This document shows positions 1 through 13,160 of a DNA stretch of 64,000 nt, in pieces. Both the position numbers and the translations under genes were made by a program. Location: contig JAHRHZ010000043.1 of assembly GCA_024137785.1 (NCBI GenBank), forward strand, positions 3,389,275 to 3,453,274, read 5' to 3'. Origin of the DNA: Ginglymostoma cirratum. Its lineage: Eukaryota. Under the pieces are notes generated by a model that saw nothing but the letters and a program-made list of their open reading frames with translations, had not been told where the DNA came from and ran no database searches. Every line of letters starts with the position of its first letter. Positions within the stretch are counted from its first letter, which is position 1.

Positions 1-88
1 AAATCCTGGAATGCCCTCTGTAAGGGCATCGGGCGTATACCTACAGCACATGGACTGCAACAGTTCACCCACTGCCTTCTAAATCATA

Positions 89-372
89 TCATAGAATCCC
101 TACAGCATGGAGCAGGTCATTTGGCCCATCTAGTGTACACCAACCTTCCAAAGAGCATCCCTCCCAAATCCACACCCCTATCCTCTTCCCATGGCTAATC
201 CACACTAACCTGCACATCTTTGGACTGTGGGAGGAAACAGATGTACCCAAAGGAAACGCACGCAGGCACGGGGAGAATGTGCAAACTCCACACAGACCGT
301 TGCCCGAGGCTGGAATCGAACCCAGGTCACTGGCTCTGTGAGATATCAGAGCTAACCAAGGAGCCACCGTGT
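89..372 (-). mobile_element. HE1-type (V-SINE) tRNA-derived SINE
   Basis: tRNA-like head, V-domain gtgtggagtttgcacattctcccgtg, CR1-like tail gggattctatga. Confidence 0.85.
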
Positions 373-1104
373 CTCCACCATGCCAGTCCGTGCAAAAGGA
401 GCAACTAAGGATGGACAATAAATGCTTTATCAGCCAGTGTCATCCATGTCCCACAAGTGATTAAAAACAAACTCATTTCAGGATCAACTAAGAAGCCAAG
501 GCTTCAGTTATATTGTTCAGCCTCAGATTCCAGGGAGAGGGATGGAGCCAGTGGCTAGGGGAATGCAGTTTGTGATATAGACTGAAGACATTGGCTTTGA
601 TCTTCACATGCAGAGAGCTGGGGTGAGAATAACCACAAACTCATGAGATGCATGGCTGATGACAAATAATAATCACTAAGCTGAACAGACACAGAACTGA
701 AAACAGGAAACACAGACGTTGAGTGACGTGGGAGTTAGTAGCCCACGTGTTTGGGCAGGCCATATTTCCTCCCGGAGACACATCAGGAAGCTTGACAAAA
801 GATCCTTCATCAAAATGTTATTTTCACACAAAAACATGTTGCTAAGGAGCAGTTAAAAGACAACGTACATTTATGACACTGGGAGATTTTATTACTAAGA
901 TAGACCTCTCACAAAACACGTAATTATACCCAAACCTATTTATCCTGAATATCACCACAATGTGACATAATTTTGCAGTGGTTATTTTACTAAACCGATA
1001 AGCTGGAGAATTCAAAACCCACTTTGGGGGCTTGAGGAGCTGAAATTAATTTTGTTTTAAAACTCTGGAAGTAAGAAGGGTGGCTTAAATAAGAATTTGG
1101 AATT

Positions 1105-1950
1105 GGAGATGTTTGCCAATGATGGTATAATGTTCATCACTATTCACGATTCCTCAGATACTGAAGCAGTCCATGTGAAAATGCAACAAGACCGAGACAG
1201 TGACCAGCCTTGGCTTGACAAGTAGCAAGTAACATTCACGCCACACAAATGCCAGGCCATGATCAACTTCAACTAGAGAGAATCAAACCATCATCTTTTC
1301 ACATCCCGAGGGCTACCAATGGCCAGAAACTGAACTGTATTCATCATATAAATACAATGGCTACTAATGCAGGTCAGAGTCTTTAAATCTTGCAGTGAGT
1401 AACTAACCTCCTGACTCCCCAAAGCCTGTCACCTATTAGGCATAAGTCAGGAGTATGATGGAATACCCCCTACTTTCCTCAGTGAGCACAGCTCCAGAAA
1501 TATTTGACACCATCCAGGACAAAACAGCCATTTGATTGGCACCATGTGCAAAAACATCCATTCCCTCCACCGTCGATGCTCAGTAGCAGCAGTGTGTACT
1601 ATCCACAAGATGCACTGCAGAAATTCATCAAGAACTCTTTAGACAGAATCTTCCAAACCTGCACCCACTTCTATCTAGAAGGACAAGGGTAGCAGATATA
1701 TGAGAACATTACCCCCTGTAACTTCTAGTCCAAGCCACTCACCATCCTGACTTGGAAACATATCGCTGTTTCTTAACTGTTGCTGGATCAAAATCCTGGT
1801 ATTTCCTCCCTAATACAATGTGGGTCAACCTACAGCACATGAACTGCAGCGGTTCAAGAAGGCAGCTCACCACCACCTTCTCAAGGGGCAACTAGCGACA
1901 GGCAATAAATACTGGCCCAGCCAATGGCACCCATGTTCCATGAATGAATG
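1105..1950 (+). mobile_element. L2/CR1-clade LINE 3' fragment (family also at 53390-55120)
   Basis: Decayed RT end (FADD-like, ccacacaaatgccagg) and 3' tail ggcaataaat...catgaatgaat. Confidence 0.7.
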
Positions 1951-2901
1951 AACATAAAACAACAATTAAGTTGTCAGGTTTTCATCAAAAATACTAACTG
2001 ATTCCTAATGCTCTTTAAGGGGAAAAAAAACTTACAATCATTATGAGCAGGATCAGGCTGTTGAGTCGGATTAGCAACCATGATTGTATCGAATGGCAGA
2101 GCTGGAAGGGCTGAATGGCCTACTCCTGCTCCTATTTTCTATGTTTCTACATCACTAAGTTAGACCGATACATGGTACCGATATTGTCGACTTTGAAAAG
2201 CCCTCTGAAGCCAGATGTGTGTATGTAGCAGTCCATTGGAAAGAGGATGAGGCTTTGCTCAGAGCTAGCGCCTGCATGGGGAGTCTTTCACTTCGGGAAG
2301 CTACAGCACTGCGTCTACCACAGGGCTGACCAGGAACTCTCTTGCTCATACTGCCTGCCACGGTTGCATCAGAACAAGTTAGAACGCCCACTTGAACCCA
2401 TCATGTCATATCTTCTGTGATCATCAAGCCTTGAGATGGGTCTTAAACACAAAGCCTCAGGCTGAGGGATAGGGACATGCTGAGTGTGATAGCAACCACC
2501 ACCACCAGCCCCCCAACCCACCCCCAAATCTGGCTAACACACCACTAAAGTGGTCAGGGCTTGGGAGAGAGGGGAAGTGGGGAGGTGCTCGGAGGTATTG
2601 AAGTATTGCAATGAATCAGAGAACCATCACCTTCTCAGGCCAATACAAAGAGAAAGGACTTGCATCCCTAAAGCCCCTTTACACAGGGGTTTCCCAAATA
2701 ACATAGTGCTTTTTGAAGTGCAAAGGTGATGGAAACGTAAAAACTAAGGCTGCCAACTTGTGCACAGTAAGATCCCACCAACAACAATGTGATAATGACT
2801 AGATAATCCAGCTGTCTCAGTGATGCTGGGTTGGAGGATAAATTTTAGCCAGTACACCAGCAGCAATCTCCCATTCTTAGTTCTTCAAATTCTTCACCTT
2901 T

Positions 2902-3352
2902 TATAGAATCATAGAGCCATACAACACAGAAACAAGCCCTTTGGTCCAACTTGTCCATGCCAACCAAGTTTGCCAAACTATAGTAGTCCCATTTGCCCGT
3001 TTTAGGCCCATATCCCTCCAAACCTTTCCTATCCATGTACCTATCCGAATGTCTTTTAACTGTTGTAATTGTACCTACATCTACCACTTCCTCCGGCAGT
3101 TCGTTCCACAGAAAGCACCTTCTGTGTGAAAAAGTTGCCCCTCAGGTACCTTTTAAATCTTTGCCCTCTCACCTTAAAATCATGGCCTCTAGTTTTGAAT
3201 TCCCCAACCCTAGGGAAAAGACCTTTGCTATTCATCTTATCTATGCCCCTCATGATTTTATAAAACTCTATATAGTCAGCCCCCAACCTCCTACACTTCA
3301 GGGAAAAAAGGTCCCAGCCTATTCAGCCCTTTCTTAAAACTCAAACCTTCCA
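2902..3352 (-). mobile_element. CR1 LINE 3' fragment
   Basis: Encodes YKIMRGID...TRGHDFKVRG...FFTQ; tail ctatgattcta. Confidence 0.85.
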
Positions 3353-4765
3353 TTTCTCCACCGTGAGGAGACAGTGAGATCTTGGTTTAACATCCCATCC
3401 AAAAGATGGCACCTACAAACAGGCCAGCAGGTGTGCCCTGAGAGATTTGGCCTGGATTTGTGTGGCAAGGCTTCCACAGGTGTGTTCTCAGAGTCACACC
3501 CTCCTGGCTCAGAGATGGCAGCGTTAACCACAGAGCCATGACTGACGTATAAATAAATAAATACCAACCATGCCCGAGACTCTTATGTGTTGAAACTGGG
3601 TTAGAAATAAATGACTTTGAACTCCATCACCTTCACATGGCACTCTCTGTATATTGTACTTGAGTGTGGTATGCAAGAGAATATTGTTTCTGTAAATAGA
3701 GTTTGAGTAAAAATGTTTCAAATGCACACAATGTCACAATACTGTACTCAGCCAGGTAATCAGTCACATCAATCTCTCTGCTTGTTTTTGTAATCTCCGT
3801 TAGGTATGGGTATTGCAACTGGCACTGTTAACACCTGTAATGAGTAAGGTTAGGAGGGTTGGTATGAGGTGGGTGAGGTTGAGGAAATCAACCAGGGCTC
3901 TTGCCCCAGATTGCTGTCCACGTTACGCTGAGGTGGCAGCATCAGCTGAGCCATCTGGCCCTCTAAATCACAACACGCTCAGCTTCAACTAGGCAAACAA
4001 ACTCTCAGGCAGAAACTCTCGGCAGGCCAGGCAGCATTGGTGGAGACAGAAATAGAATGAATGGGTCAGATCTACATTTCTCATTATAACATGCAGACAT
4101 TTGAACAACAGGCAAGGGTAGGCCATTCAGCCCATTGAGCCTCCTCCACCATTCAATAAGACCTGAGCTGATGGTTTTGTAAGCTCAAATCCAAATTTCA
4201 ACCTGATAACCTTTCACTTCCTTCCTTATCAAGAATTGATCTAACTCTGCCTTAAAAAATCTAAAGATTCTGTTTCCATCACCTTTGAGAAAGAGAGTTC
4301 CAAAGACTCTCTGTGAGAATATATTTCTCCCCATCTCTGTCTTAAATGTCTAGAAGCAGTGACCCCTAGTTCCAGATTTTCCCACAAAAGGAAACATCAA
4401 TTTGTTTCAATGAGACCCCAGGTGAGGGTCCCGATATATAATGGTTCAGACAGAACATTCAAAATTTCAAGCTCCCACCTGGGGAGGCATGAACACACAC
4501 CCTCATGGTTCCTCATTCTAGAGACTGGCTCAGAGCAGGCTGGAAGGGCCCTTGTACAGTACACATGGAAAAAAGGGGTGACTTGGTGATGAGATACAAG
4601 ACTCTATGCAGATATTTCACAGTCCAAAGTCAAGATAAAAGTTAAAAGAGATATACGGATCAGTCCCTGAGTATCATGAAGTGTAGATGGTCAGACATTG
4701 TAGCTGTTATGTTGGGTGATAGCATTAGCACTAATGCTAGTAAGTGAGTAATTGATTTTAACATA

Positions 4766-4839
4766 TCCTCTCTGGCTTAATTGCTCAGTGCAGTTGGCAG
4801 TTGACTGCAAGGTTGCTGGTTCGAGATCACCCAAATGTG
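4766..4839 (+). pseudogene. Degenerate tRNA-Asn(GTT)-derived sequence
   Basis: Colinear, ungapped resemblance to vertebrate tRNA-Asn (…ggcaGTTgactgcaaggttgctGGTTCGAgatcaccc). Stems are disrupted. Confidence 0.6.
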
Positions 4840-4857
4840 AAAAGATTGCTTTAAGAT

Positions 4858-5200
4858 GGCATGGTGGTTCAGTGTTTAGCACTGCTGCCACACAGCACCA
4901 GGGACTCAGATTCATTTCCACTCTTAGGTGACTGTGTGGAGTTTGCACGTTCCCCCCGTGTCTATGGGGGTTTCTGCTGGGTGTTCTGGTTTCCTTCCAT
5001 AGTCCAGGGATATGTACATTGTGGGGATTAGCCATGCTAAATTGCCTGTAGTGTCTGGGAATGTGCAGGCTAAGTGAATTGGCCATGGGAAATGCAGGGT
5101 TAAGGGGATAGAGGTGGGTCTGGGTGGGATGCTGTTCAGGGGGTTGGTGCAGACTAAATGGCCCAACTGGCCTCTTTCTGTACCGTGGGAACCCTATGAG
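4858..5200 (+). mobile_element. HE1-type SINE
   Basis: ggtggttcagtgtttagcactgctgcc head plus V-domain. Confidence 0.85.
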
Positions 5201-5489
5201 TTCAAGGTCCTTGGCTCTGCAGTCAGCTGAAACGCTACTTTGCGTTTCCTTCCGGCTGTGGTTTTGCTCTACTTATGGCTTCAAGAAAAGAGGGAGAGAT
5301 AGAGAGTGAGAGAGAGAGAGAGAGAGAGAGACTTCCTTTCTTCTTACCTGCAGAGCAGGAATGACTAGGCTTTCTCAGCTGTGACTCTGTTAGTGCACAC
5401 TTTACCTCGGAATTTCAAACCTACCCAAATGGCAACCCACGGAACAATTGACAGTTTTGTGAAATATTTATCTGGTTTCACTGATGTAG

Positions 5490-5790
5490 CAGCATGGTGG
5501 CTCAGTGGTTAGCACTGCTGCCTCACAGCAACAGGGACCCAGGTTCAATTCCAGCCTCAGGCGACTGTCTGTGTGGAGATTGCACATTCTCCCCGTGTCT
5601 GCGTGGGTTTCCTCCCACACTCCAAAGATGTGCAGGCTGTGTGGATTAGCCATGCTAAATTGCCCTGTACTGCCCAGGGATGTGTAGATTATGTGTATTA
5701 TGGAGTGATGGGGATGGGTCTGGGTGTGATGTTCTGATGGTTGGCGTGTGCTTGTTGTCCATTTCCACACTGTAAGGATTCTATGATCTA
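5490..5790 (+). mobile_element. HE1-type SINE
   Basis: ggtggctcagtggttagcactgctgcctcac head and tail ggattctatga. Confidence 0.85.
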
Positions 5791-6029
5791 ATCTTCTTTG
5801 GAGAAGAAAATCTGCCATCTTTACCTGGTTTGGCTTACAGGTGATTCTAGACATTCAACAATGTGGTTGAATCTTGACCTTCCTCTGAAATGGCCTATCA
5901 AGCCACTAACCTGTATGGATCACCCCAGAGGCCTTGCTATTGGAAACAGCAATGGCAAGTTCAACCCTGTCCCCCCAGAACAGTAGCTGGGGGCTTGTGC
6001 CAAAATTTAGGAGGCTGCAATGACCTAGT

Positions 6030-6368
6030 CGTATTGTCACTTGGCTGTTAATTCAGGGACCCAGGTCATGTTCTGGGGACCCGGGTTCAAATCCCGCCAT
6101 GACAGATGGTGGAATTTGAATTCAATAAAAATCTGGAACTAAGAGTCTGGTGATGACCATGAGTCTATTGTCAATTGTTGGGGGGAGAAAGCAATCTGGT
6201 TCACCAATGTCCTTTAGGGAAGGAAACTTACCATCATTACCTGGCCTGGCTTACGTGTGACTCCACACCAACAGCAACATGGTTGACTCTCAACTGCTGT
6301 CTGGACAATTCGGGATGGGCAATAAATGCTGACCTGGCCAGTGACACCCTCATCCCATGAATGAATTT
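6030..6368 (+). mobile_element. tRNA-derived SINE with L2-like tail
   Basis: B-box ggttcaaatcccgcc, body ...cctggcttacgtgtgactcca, tail gggatgggcaataaatgctg...catgaatgaat. Related copies near 5805, 36605-37140, 47487-47715 and 56935-57260. Confidence 0.7.
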
Positions 6369-6667
6369 AAAAAATTGAGAGTGCTGTCCCACAGATTTCT
6401 CAAGCAACGGCCTGACATAGTAACACTCATGGAATCATGCCTTACGAATTATAATACATTAGAAGGAAGAAGGGGCATCATTTTAATATCTAACCTAAAA
6501 GGCAGAGCTTTCAGATATCCTTGAAGACTTTTTAAAATCTTCCATAGGTTGTAGATGTTGCTGATTGGAATATCTGTTGGCCCATCTCTAATTGTTTTTG
6601 AGCATGTGGTGGTGAGCCACTTCCCTGACCATGTACCCTATAGCTGCAGAACCATGCTCATAGATCA

Positions 6668-6980
6668 GAGAATCCCTACAATGTGGAAGCAGGCCATTTG
6701 GCCCATCAAGTCCACACTGACCCTCCAAAGAACATCACACCCAGACCCTCCCCCTTACTCTATCCCTGTAACCCTGTGTTTCCTGTGGCTAACCCATCTA
6801 GCCTGCACATCCCCACACAATAAGGGGCAATTTAGCATGCAAGATAACTTGCATATCTTTGGACTGTGGGGGGAAACACAGGCAGAGAATGCGCAAACTC
6901 CACACAGATAGTCACTGAAGGGTGAAATTGAACTGGGGCCCCTGGCGCTGTGGGGCAGCAGTGGTAACCACTGAGCCACT
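6668..6980 (-). mobile_element. HE1-type SINE
   Basis: Reverse complement of the HE1 head, V-domain and tail. Confidence 0.8.
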
Positions 6981-8559
6981 TATGCTGCTGTTAGGGAGGG
7001 AGTTCCAAGATTTTGACCTAACAACACAGAAACACTGCACCGAGAGCCACATCTTAGAGTTACGTACTCAGTCCTGTGGAGTGGAACATGATCCCAACAG
7101 CTCCCGGTTTCAGAAAGTCACACTGCTGTTACTGGTCCACAGCTAAGAACTCACCTTGTCCATGGTCTAAGGAAGCAGGAACATTCCATGAGTCACAACC
7201 ACTTCTTTGTTCCCTGTTGAGGGCTACAGCTCAATGCTTGAAATCTCAACAGCTGTAGAACGAGTGAAAACAAGTGAAAGACAAAACCATAACTCATCAC
7301 CAGTTTTCTAAAGAGCCTCTGAGGGTAAACAGAATGGCCAAATGGCACAGAGTATTAAGGTCTAAAAATAATCTCTGGCTAGGAGGGCATCAAACTTTGA
7401 GTATTTTCACACTGCGACTTTAAAGTACATTGTCAAGGCCAACTGTTACAGGCTGAAAAAGTGCCAATTCTCAAACATAAGAGAGTTAAACAATGTGACC
7501 TTGTTTTGAGTTCATTCTGTGTTTGACAGAGATCTGCAAAGCTGAAGAGACTTGGACAGGATTAACTCAACCCACTCCTCACAAGAAAATGTTACATGAT
7601 AAAAAATACTTGCTCCCCTGCCCTCCCATGATGGTGTTTTTTTGTCAGTTTTAAATTAAATGAGTCCCCTGGTTGTCAATCCTTCTGCAAATTGTCTTAA
7701 TCTATTGAAATCCTTTGTAAGTTTGCACACCTTTGTGAAATCTTTCTCTAAGGAGAACAACTCCACCACATTCCCAGTCCGTTCACACCGATAGCCTCAC
7801 ACATATACTGGATAACTCTTAGTCTGAATGGACTCCAGATCACGCTGAGAAATCGCTCAGCTAATTCATCCCTGGGACAAGCAGGAACCATGCATTAAAA
7901 AATCATTTATATTTTATTATTGTAGCACCATTAATGCAACAAAATGTTGCAAGATTATTTGCAGGAGCCTTGCAAAGACACAAAATCACAATGTGGAAAT
8001 ATTAGGACAGGAGACCAAAAGCTCAGTCAGCCAAAGAGGGCACTTTTAATGAGGGTCTTAAAGGATGAGAGGGATGTGGTAACATTCAGGGAATGAATTT
8101 CAGAGCTCAGGCCCTAGATAACTTACACTACGGCCATGAAAGACAGAATCGTGGAATCCCATAGAATCTCTCCATAGAATGAGTGAGGAATTAAGCCATG
8201 GACACCTTTAAGGATAATGATGTGTTGATGATATTGTGACAATGTCTCTTGACTAGTAATCCACTCTGGGAGCAAAAGTTTGATTTCCACCATGACGGAT
8301 GTTTGAACTTTAAAAAAAAGCCTGATTGCTGTAAAAACCCATCCGCGTCACTAAAGGAAAGTTGTTGCCTTCCCCTGAGCTGGCCTACATTTGACTCCAG
8401 ACCCAAACCAATGTGGCTGCCCTCTGAACTGGCCTGAAGGGCAATTAGGAACAGGCATCAAATGCTAGCCAAGCAGTGACATTCACATCCCATGAAACAA
8501 TAAGACAAAAATCTCAAAGGATTGTAGAAGGAGAGGACATGACTAAGGATCTTTTGGGG

Positions 8560-8880
8560 AAGCGTGGTAGCTCAGTGGTTAGCACTGATGCTACAACTCT
8601 GAGAACCTGGGTTTGATCTCACCCTCGGGTGACCGTCTGTGTGGAGTTTGCATGTTCTCCCAGTGTCCACATGGGTTCCCTCCCACAGTCCAAAGATATG
8701 CAGGTTAGGTGGGTTGGCCTTGGGAAATTGTCTATAGTGTTCAGGCTACATGGGTTAACCGTGGAAAATGCAGGGCTTCGGGGATGGGGTGGGTCTGGGT
8801 GAGATGCTCTTCAGAGGGATAGTATGGTCTTAAATAGGCTGAATAGCCTACTTCCACGCGACAGGTGATCCTACGATGAA
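8560..8880 (+). mobile_element. HE1-type SINE
   Basis: ggtagctcagtggttagcactg head plus V-domain. Confidence 0.8.
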
Positions 8881-9335
8881 CTTGAAAACCAGAGTGAGCA
8901 TTTTAAAAATTAAACCAAAACAGATGTTGCTGGAACAGCTCCGCCGTCAGAACTGGAGACGGGTCACCAAAATGTTAACTCTGATTTTTTCTTCACGCAT
9001 GCTGCCAGACCTGCCGAGCTTCTCCAGCAACTTTTGTTTTTGTTCCTGATTTACAGCATCCGCAGTTCTTTCGGTTTTTATTCAGCATTTTAAAATATTG
9101 CCAGAAGAGGACCCAATGCTTGTCATCAAGCCCACAAGATGAAAGATGAATGGAACTTGGGGTGAGTAGGGTTGTGGGCAAAGAGTGTTGGGTAGAAAGT
9201 GTGTTTAAATGAATTGAACTCCCAGAATCAATGAGAAGTCTGTTTCACAAGCAGCTCCAATTAGGTGTCTTGATAAGCATCTCAAAATATCTTCAGTCAC
9301 AAAACAAACATGCAGACCAATCCTTCAAAGTATTT

Positions 9336-9570
9336 CAGAGATAATAGGTACTGCAGATGCTGGAGAATCCGAGATAACAAGGTGTGGGGCTGGATGAACA
9401 CAGCAGGCCAAGCAGCATCATAGGAGCAGGAAAGCTTGACGTTTTGGGCCTAGACCCTTCATCAGAAAAGGGTCTAGATGAAGGGTCTAGGCCCGAAACA
9501 TCAAGCTTTCCTGCTCCTATGATGCTGCTTGGCCTGCTGTGTTCATCCAGCTTCACACCTTGTTATCTCT
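9336..9570. mobile_element. Palindromic Penelope-terminus-derived mini-element (family A)
   Basis: ~95-bp inverted arms (gagataacaaggtgtg...ggatgaacacagcaggccaagcagcatc / reverse complement), the same sequence as the tails of the Penelope copies at 23370-23457 and 24945-25075. Confidence 0.8.
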
Positions 9571-10674
9571 TCAAAGGATTTCAATGTTTCTGGGAGGTCA
9601 GAAGGCCTTTTTTATTCATTCGCAGGGATTACTGGCATTGTCAGTGCTTGTATTACTCACCCTTAATTACCTTTGAAAATATGGTGGGGAGAGGCCTTAT
9701 TGAATGTAACTGAGTGGCTTGCTAGGGCAGTTAAGAGTCTGGAGCCATGCGTAGAACATACCGAGTAAGAACAACAGATTACCTTCCCTGAAGGACATTA
9801 GTGAGCAAGGTGAGTTTTTCCAACAATGATTTCATCATTAGACTCTTAATTCCAGATTTTTATTGAGTTTTAAACTCCACTTTCTAAAATGGGGAAATTT
9901 GAACCAGGGTCCCCAGAACATTAGCTGGGTTTCTGCGTTGATAGTCCAGTGAATAACACCACTAGGGCCACTGTCTCCCCTCGCTGTGAGCTCTATAGTC
10001 ACTAATGCTGACATATGAGATTTTTGATCAAACTTTGTTTGTATTTATTGTAGCTCATTGAATGGGATGAGATCCGCAAACCCCTAAAAGGCTGTCAAAC
10101 ATTTTGCCAGTTGTGTAAGAACTACAGCATGGCCAAAACAGTCAATGTAATGCTTTGTGTTATTCTTAGAACTGAAAGAGAAATAGTCTTAGAGAAATGA
10201 TACTGTCAACAAGTGTGCAGTATTGTATAAACAGCATGTGGTGTTTTGTGAGGCATTTCATCTTTACTGACCTTCAGTGTGTATTTATTCAAGTTGCTGG
10301 ACTGACACTGATAGTTATTTTTGTAAGTAATCGATCAGGCTCTGCTCTTTCTCGGGTACATGTGCACAGACTGCAAAGGGCAGAGGGCAAAAGTCAATTG
10401 AGCTTTGCCAGGTAGCTCAGGTGCTGAGCACTGGCCATTGAGTGAGATAGGTCAAACAATGGACCTGTTTCACTCCCCCCCATCTGTGTAAGGGCTGCCA
10501 CCCTTCTAGAATTGCCCTAGAGTCTCCAGGAATTGATGCTTCAGCTCTGGAACAATGCCTGAAGGCCACATCAAGAAGAAAAATTCGAGGGGCATTAAAA
10601 TGAATGCGGGCTTTTCTTTAGAAATTTGCAAATTTGAGTTATTGGAATTCATGGTGGAGGCAAGAAGGGTTTGC

Positions 10675-11025
10675 TATCCACCTTTTCTGTGCCCTTCGTG
10701 ATTTTATAAACCATCTACAAGGTAATATCCATAGAAAAAAGTCCCAGCCTATTCAGCCTCTTCTTATAGCTCAAACCCTCCAACCCAGCAACGTCCTGAT
10801 AAATCTTTTCCGAATCTTCTCCAGTTTAATAATATCTTTGCTACGGCAGGGTGACCAGAACTGTACACAGTACTCCAGAAGTACCTTCACCAACGTCCCA
10901 TACAATCTCAAAAGGATGTCCCAACTCCTATACTCAATGGTCTGAGCAATGAAGGCAAGCGTGCTAAAAGTCTTCTTAACTATCCTGTCTAACTGAGATA
11001 CAACTTTCAAAGAACTACGTACCTG
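10675..11025 (-). mobile_element. CR1 LINE fragment
   Basis: Encodes LYGTLVKVLLEYCVQFWSP...KLEKIRKRF. Confidence 0.85.
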
Positions 11026-11029
11026 AAAA

Positions 11030-13160
11030 AAGTTGTAATAAGGGGAGAATTTTCAGGATGACAGCTTTTAACGATTGGAGTGCCACAGGCATCAGTGCTT
11101 CGACCGCATCTATTTACAATAAGGACTTGGATGGGGCAAGTGACAATAATACGGTCAAAATAGTGAATGGCGCAAAAACAGGTGGGAAGGCGAGCAGTGA
11201 GAATGACAGAGAGTCTGCCGAGGGATATAGACAGGTTAACCGAGCAGGCGGAAACATGGCAGATGAAATATAATGATAATGTATAGTTCTACATTTTGGA
11301 AGGTTTAACGAGGAGCGTAAGAATCTGTAAACTGAAAAAGGCTGCAGCAAGCCACAAGACAGGTGATTCAGGATCCTCATACACGAACTATAGAATCCCT
11401 CTGATATGGAAGCAGGCTATTCAGCCCAACAAGTCCACACCAACTCTCTGAGCAGCATTCCACCCAGACTCTCCCCTGTACACTAGCCCAGTAACCCTAC
11501 ATTTCCCATGGCTAATCCACCCAGCCTGCACGTTCATGGCCAATTGATCCTACCTACACATCTTGGACTGTGGGAGGAAATCTGCACAGATACAGGGAGA
11601 ATGTACAAACTCCACACAATCACCTGAGGGTGGAATCAAACCCAGGACCCTGGCGCTGTGAGGCGGCAGTGCTAACCACTGAGCCACCAGGCTACCCACA
11701 TCAAAGCAGTTTAAATGTTCAGCAGGCCGTAGGGAAGGCAAATGATGTGTTGGCCTTTATTTCAAATGAAGTGGAGTATAAAAATAGAGATGTCTTGCTA
11801 AAAGTATACAAGGCACTAGTCAGAGCACACTAGAATACTGTGAACGGTTTTAGCCCCTTGTCTAAAGAAAGATACTGGTATTAGAGATCTGGGAGTTCAG
11901 GTCCATTGTACCCTGAAGGTGGCTGCACACGTGGATAGAGTGGTCAAGAAGGCATATGGTATGCTTGCCTTCATCGGACGGGGTATTGAGTATAAGAGCT
12001 GGCAGGTCATGTTAAAATTGTACAAGACTTTGGTTCGGCCGCATTTAGAATACTGTGTACAGTTCTGGTCGCCACATTACCAAAAGGATGTGGAAGCTTT
12101 GGAGAGGGTACAGAGAAGGCTTACGAGGATGTTGCCTGGTATGGAAGGTGCTAGCTATGAAGAGAGGTTGAGGAGGTTAGGATTGTTTTCATTAGAAAAA
12201 AGAAGATTGAGGGGGGACCTGATTGAGGTCTTCAAAATCATGAAGGGTATAGACAGGGTTGATAGAGATAAGCTTTTTCCCAGGGTGAGGGATTCAATAA
12301 CGAGGGGTCACGCGTTCAAGGTGAGAGGAGAAAAGTTTAAGGGGGATACATGCGGGAAGTACTTTACACAGAGGGTGGTAGGTGCCTGGAACGCGTTGCC
12401 AGCAGAGGTAGTAGAGGCAGGCACGGTAGATTCATTTAAGGTGCGTCTGGACAGATGCATGAGTAGGAGGGGAGCAGAGGGATACAGATCCTTAGAATTG
12501 GGTGATAGGTTTAGACAGTGGATTTGGATCGGCACAGGCTTGGAGGGCCGAAGGGCCTGTTCCTGGGCTGTAAGTTTTCTTCTTTGTTCTTTGTTCAGGC
12601 TCACTAGGCTGATTCCAGATATGAGAGGAGGTTGGGTAGGTTGGGCCTGTGCTCATCAGGGTTTAGCAGAATGAGAGGTGACCTTATTGAAATTGACAAG
12701 ATTCTTTGGGAGCTGACCCGTGTAGGCACTGAGAGGTTGATTCCCCTTGTGGGAGAGTCTAAGGCCAGAGGGCATCATCTCAGAGTAAGGAGGTGTACAT
12801 TTAAGACACAAATGATGGGGAGTTTCTTCTCAGACAGTAGTGAATGTTTTTTCCTTCACAGATGCTGCCAGACCTGCTGAGCCTCTCCAGCAATTTTGTT
12901 TTTGTTCCTGATTTACAGCATTCACAGTTCTTTCGGTTTTTACATAGTGGATCTGTGGAATTCTTTACAACAAAGGGCTATTGAGGCTGAGTCATTAAGT
13001 ATATTCAGAACCGAGATAGGGAGAGTTTTAATCAGAAGGGGAATCAAGGGTTATGGGGAAAAGGCAGGAAAGTGGAGCTAAGGTTATCAAATCAGTCATG
13101 ATCCTACTAAATGACAGAATTGACCGATGGGCCTACTTGTGCTCCTATATCTTATGGTTT
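11030..13160 (+). mobile_element. Old CR1 LINE carrying nested insertions (HE1 SINE ~11389-11690, young CR1 11883-12594, Penelope-derived piece ~12845-12940)
   Basis: CR1 RT/C-terminal coding remnants continue across each insertion. Confidence 0.75.
11883..12594 (+). mobile_element. Young 5'-truncated CR1 LINE
   Basis: Uninterrupted ORF2 C-terminus (LYKTLVRPHLEYCVQFWSP...TRGH...FTQRVV.AWNALP), (ttctttg)n tail. Nearly identical to 53757-54453. Confidence 0.92.
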
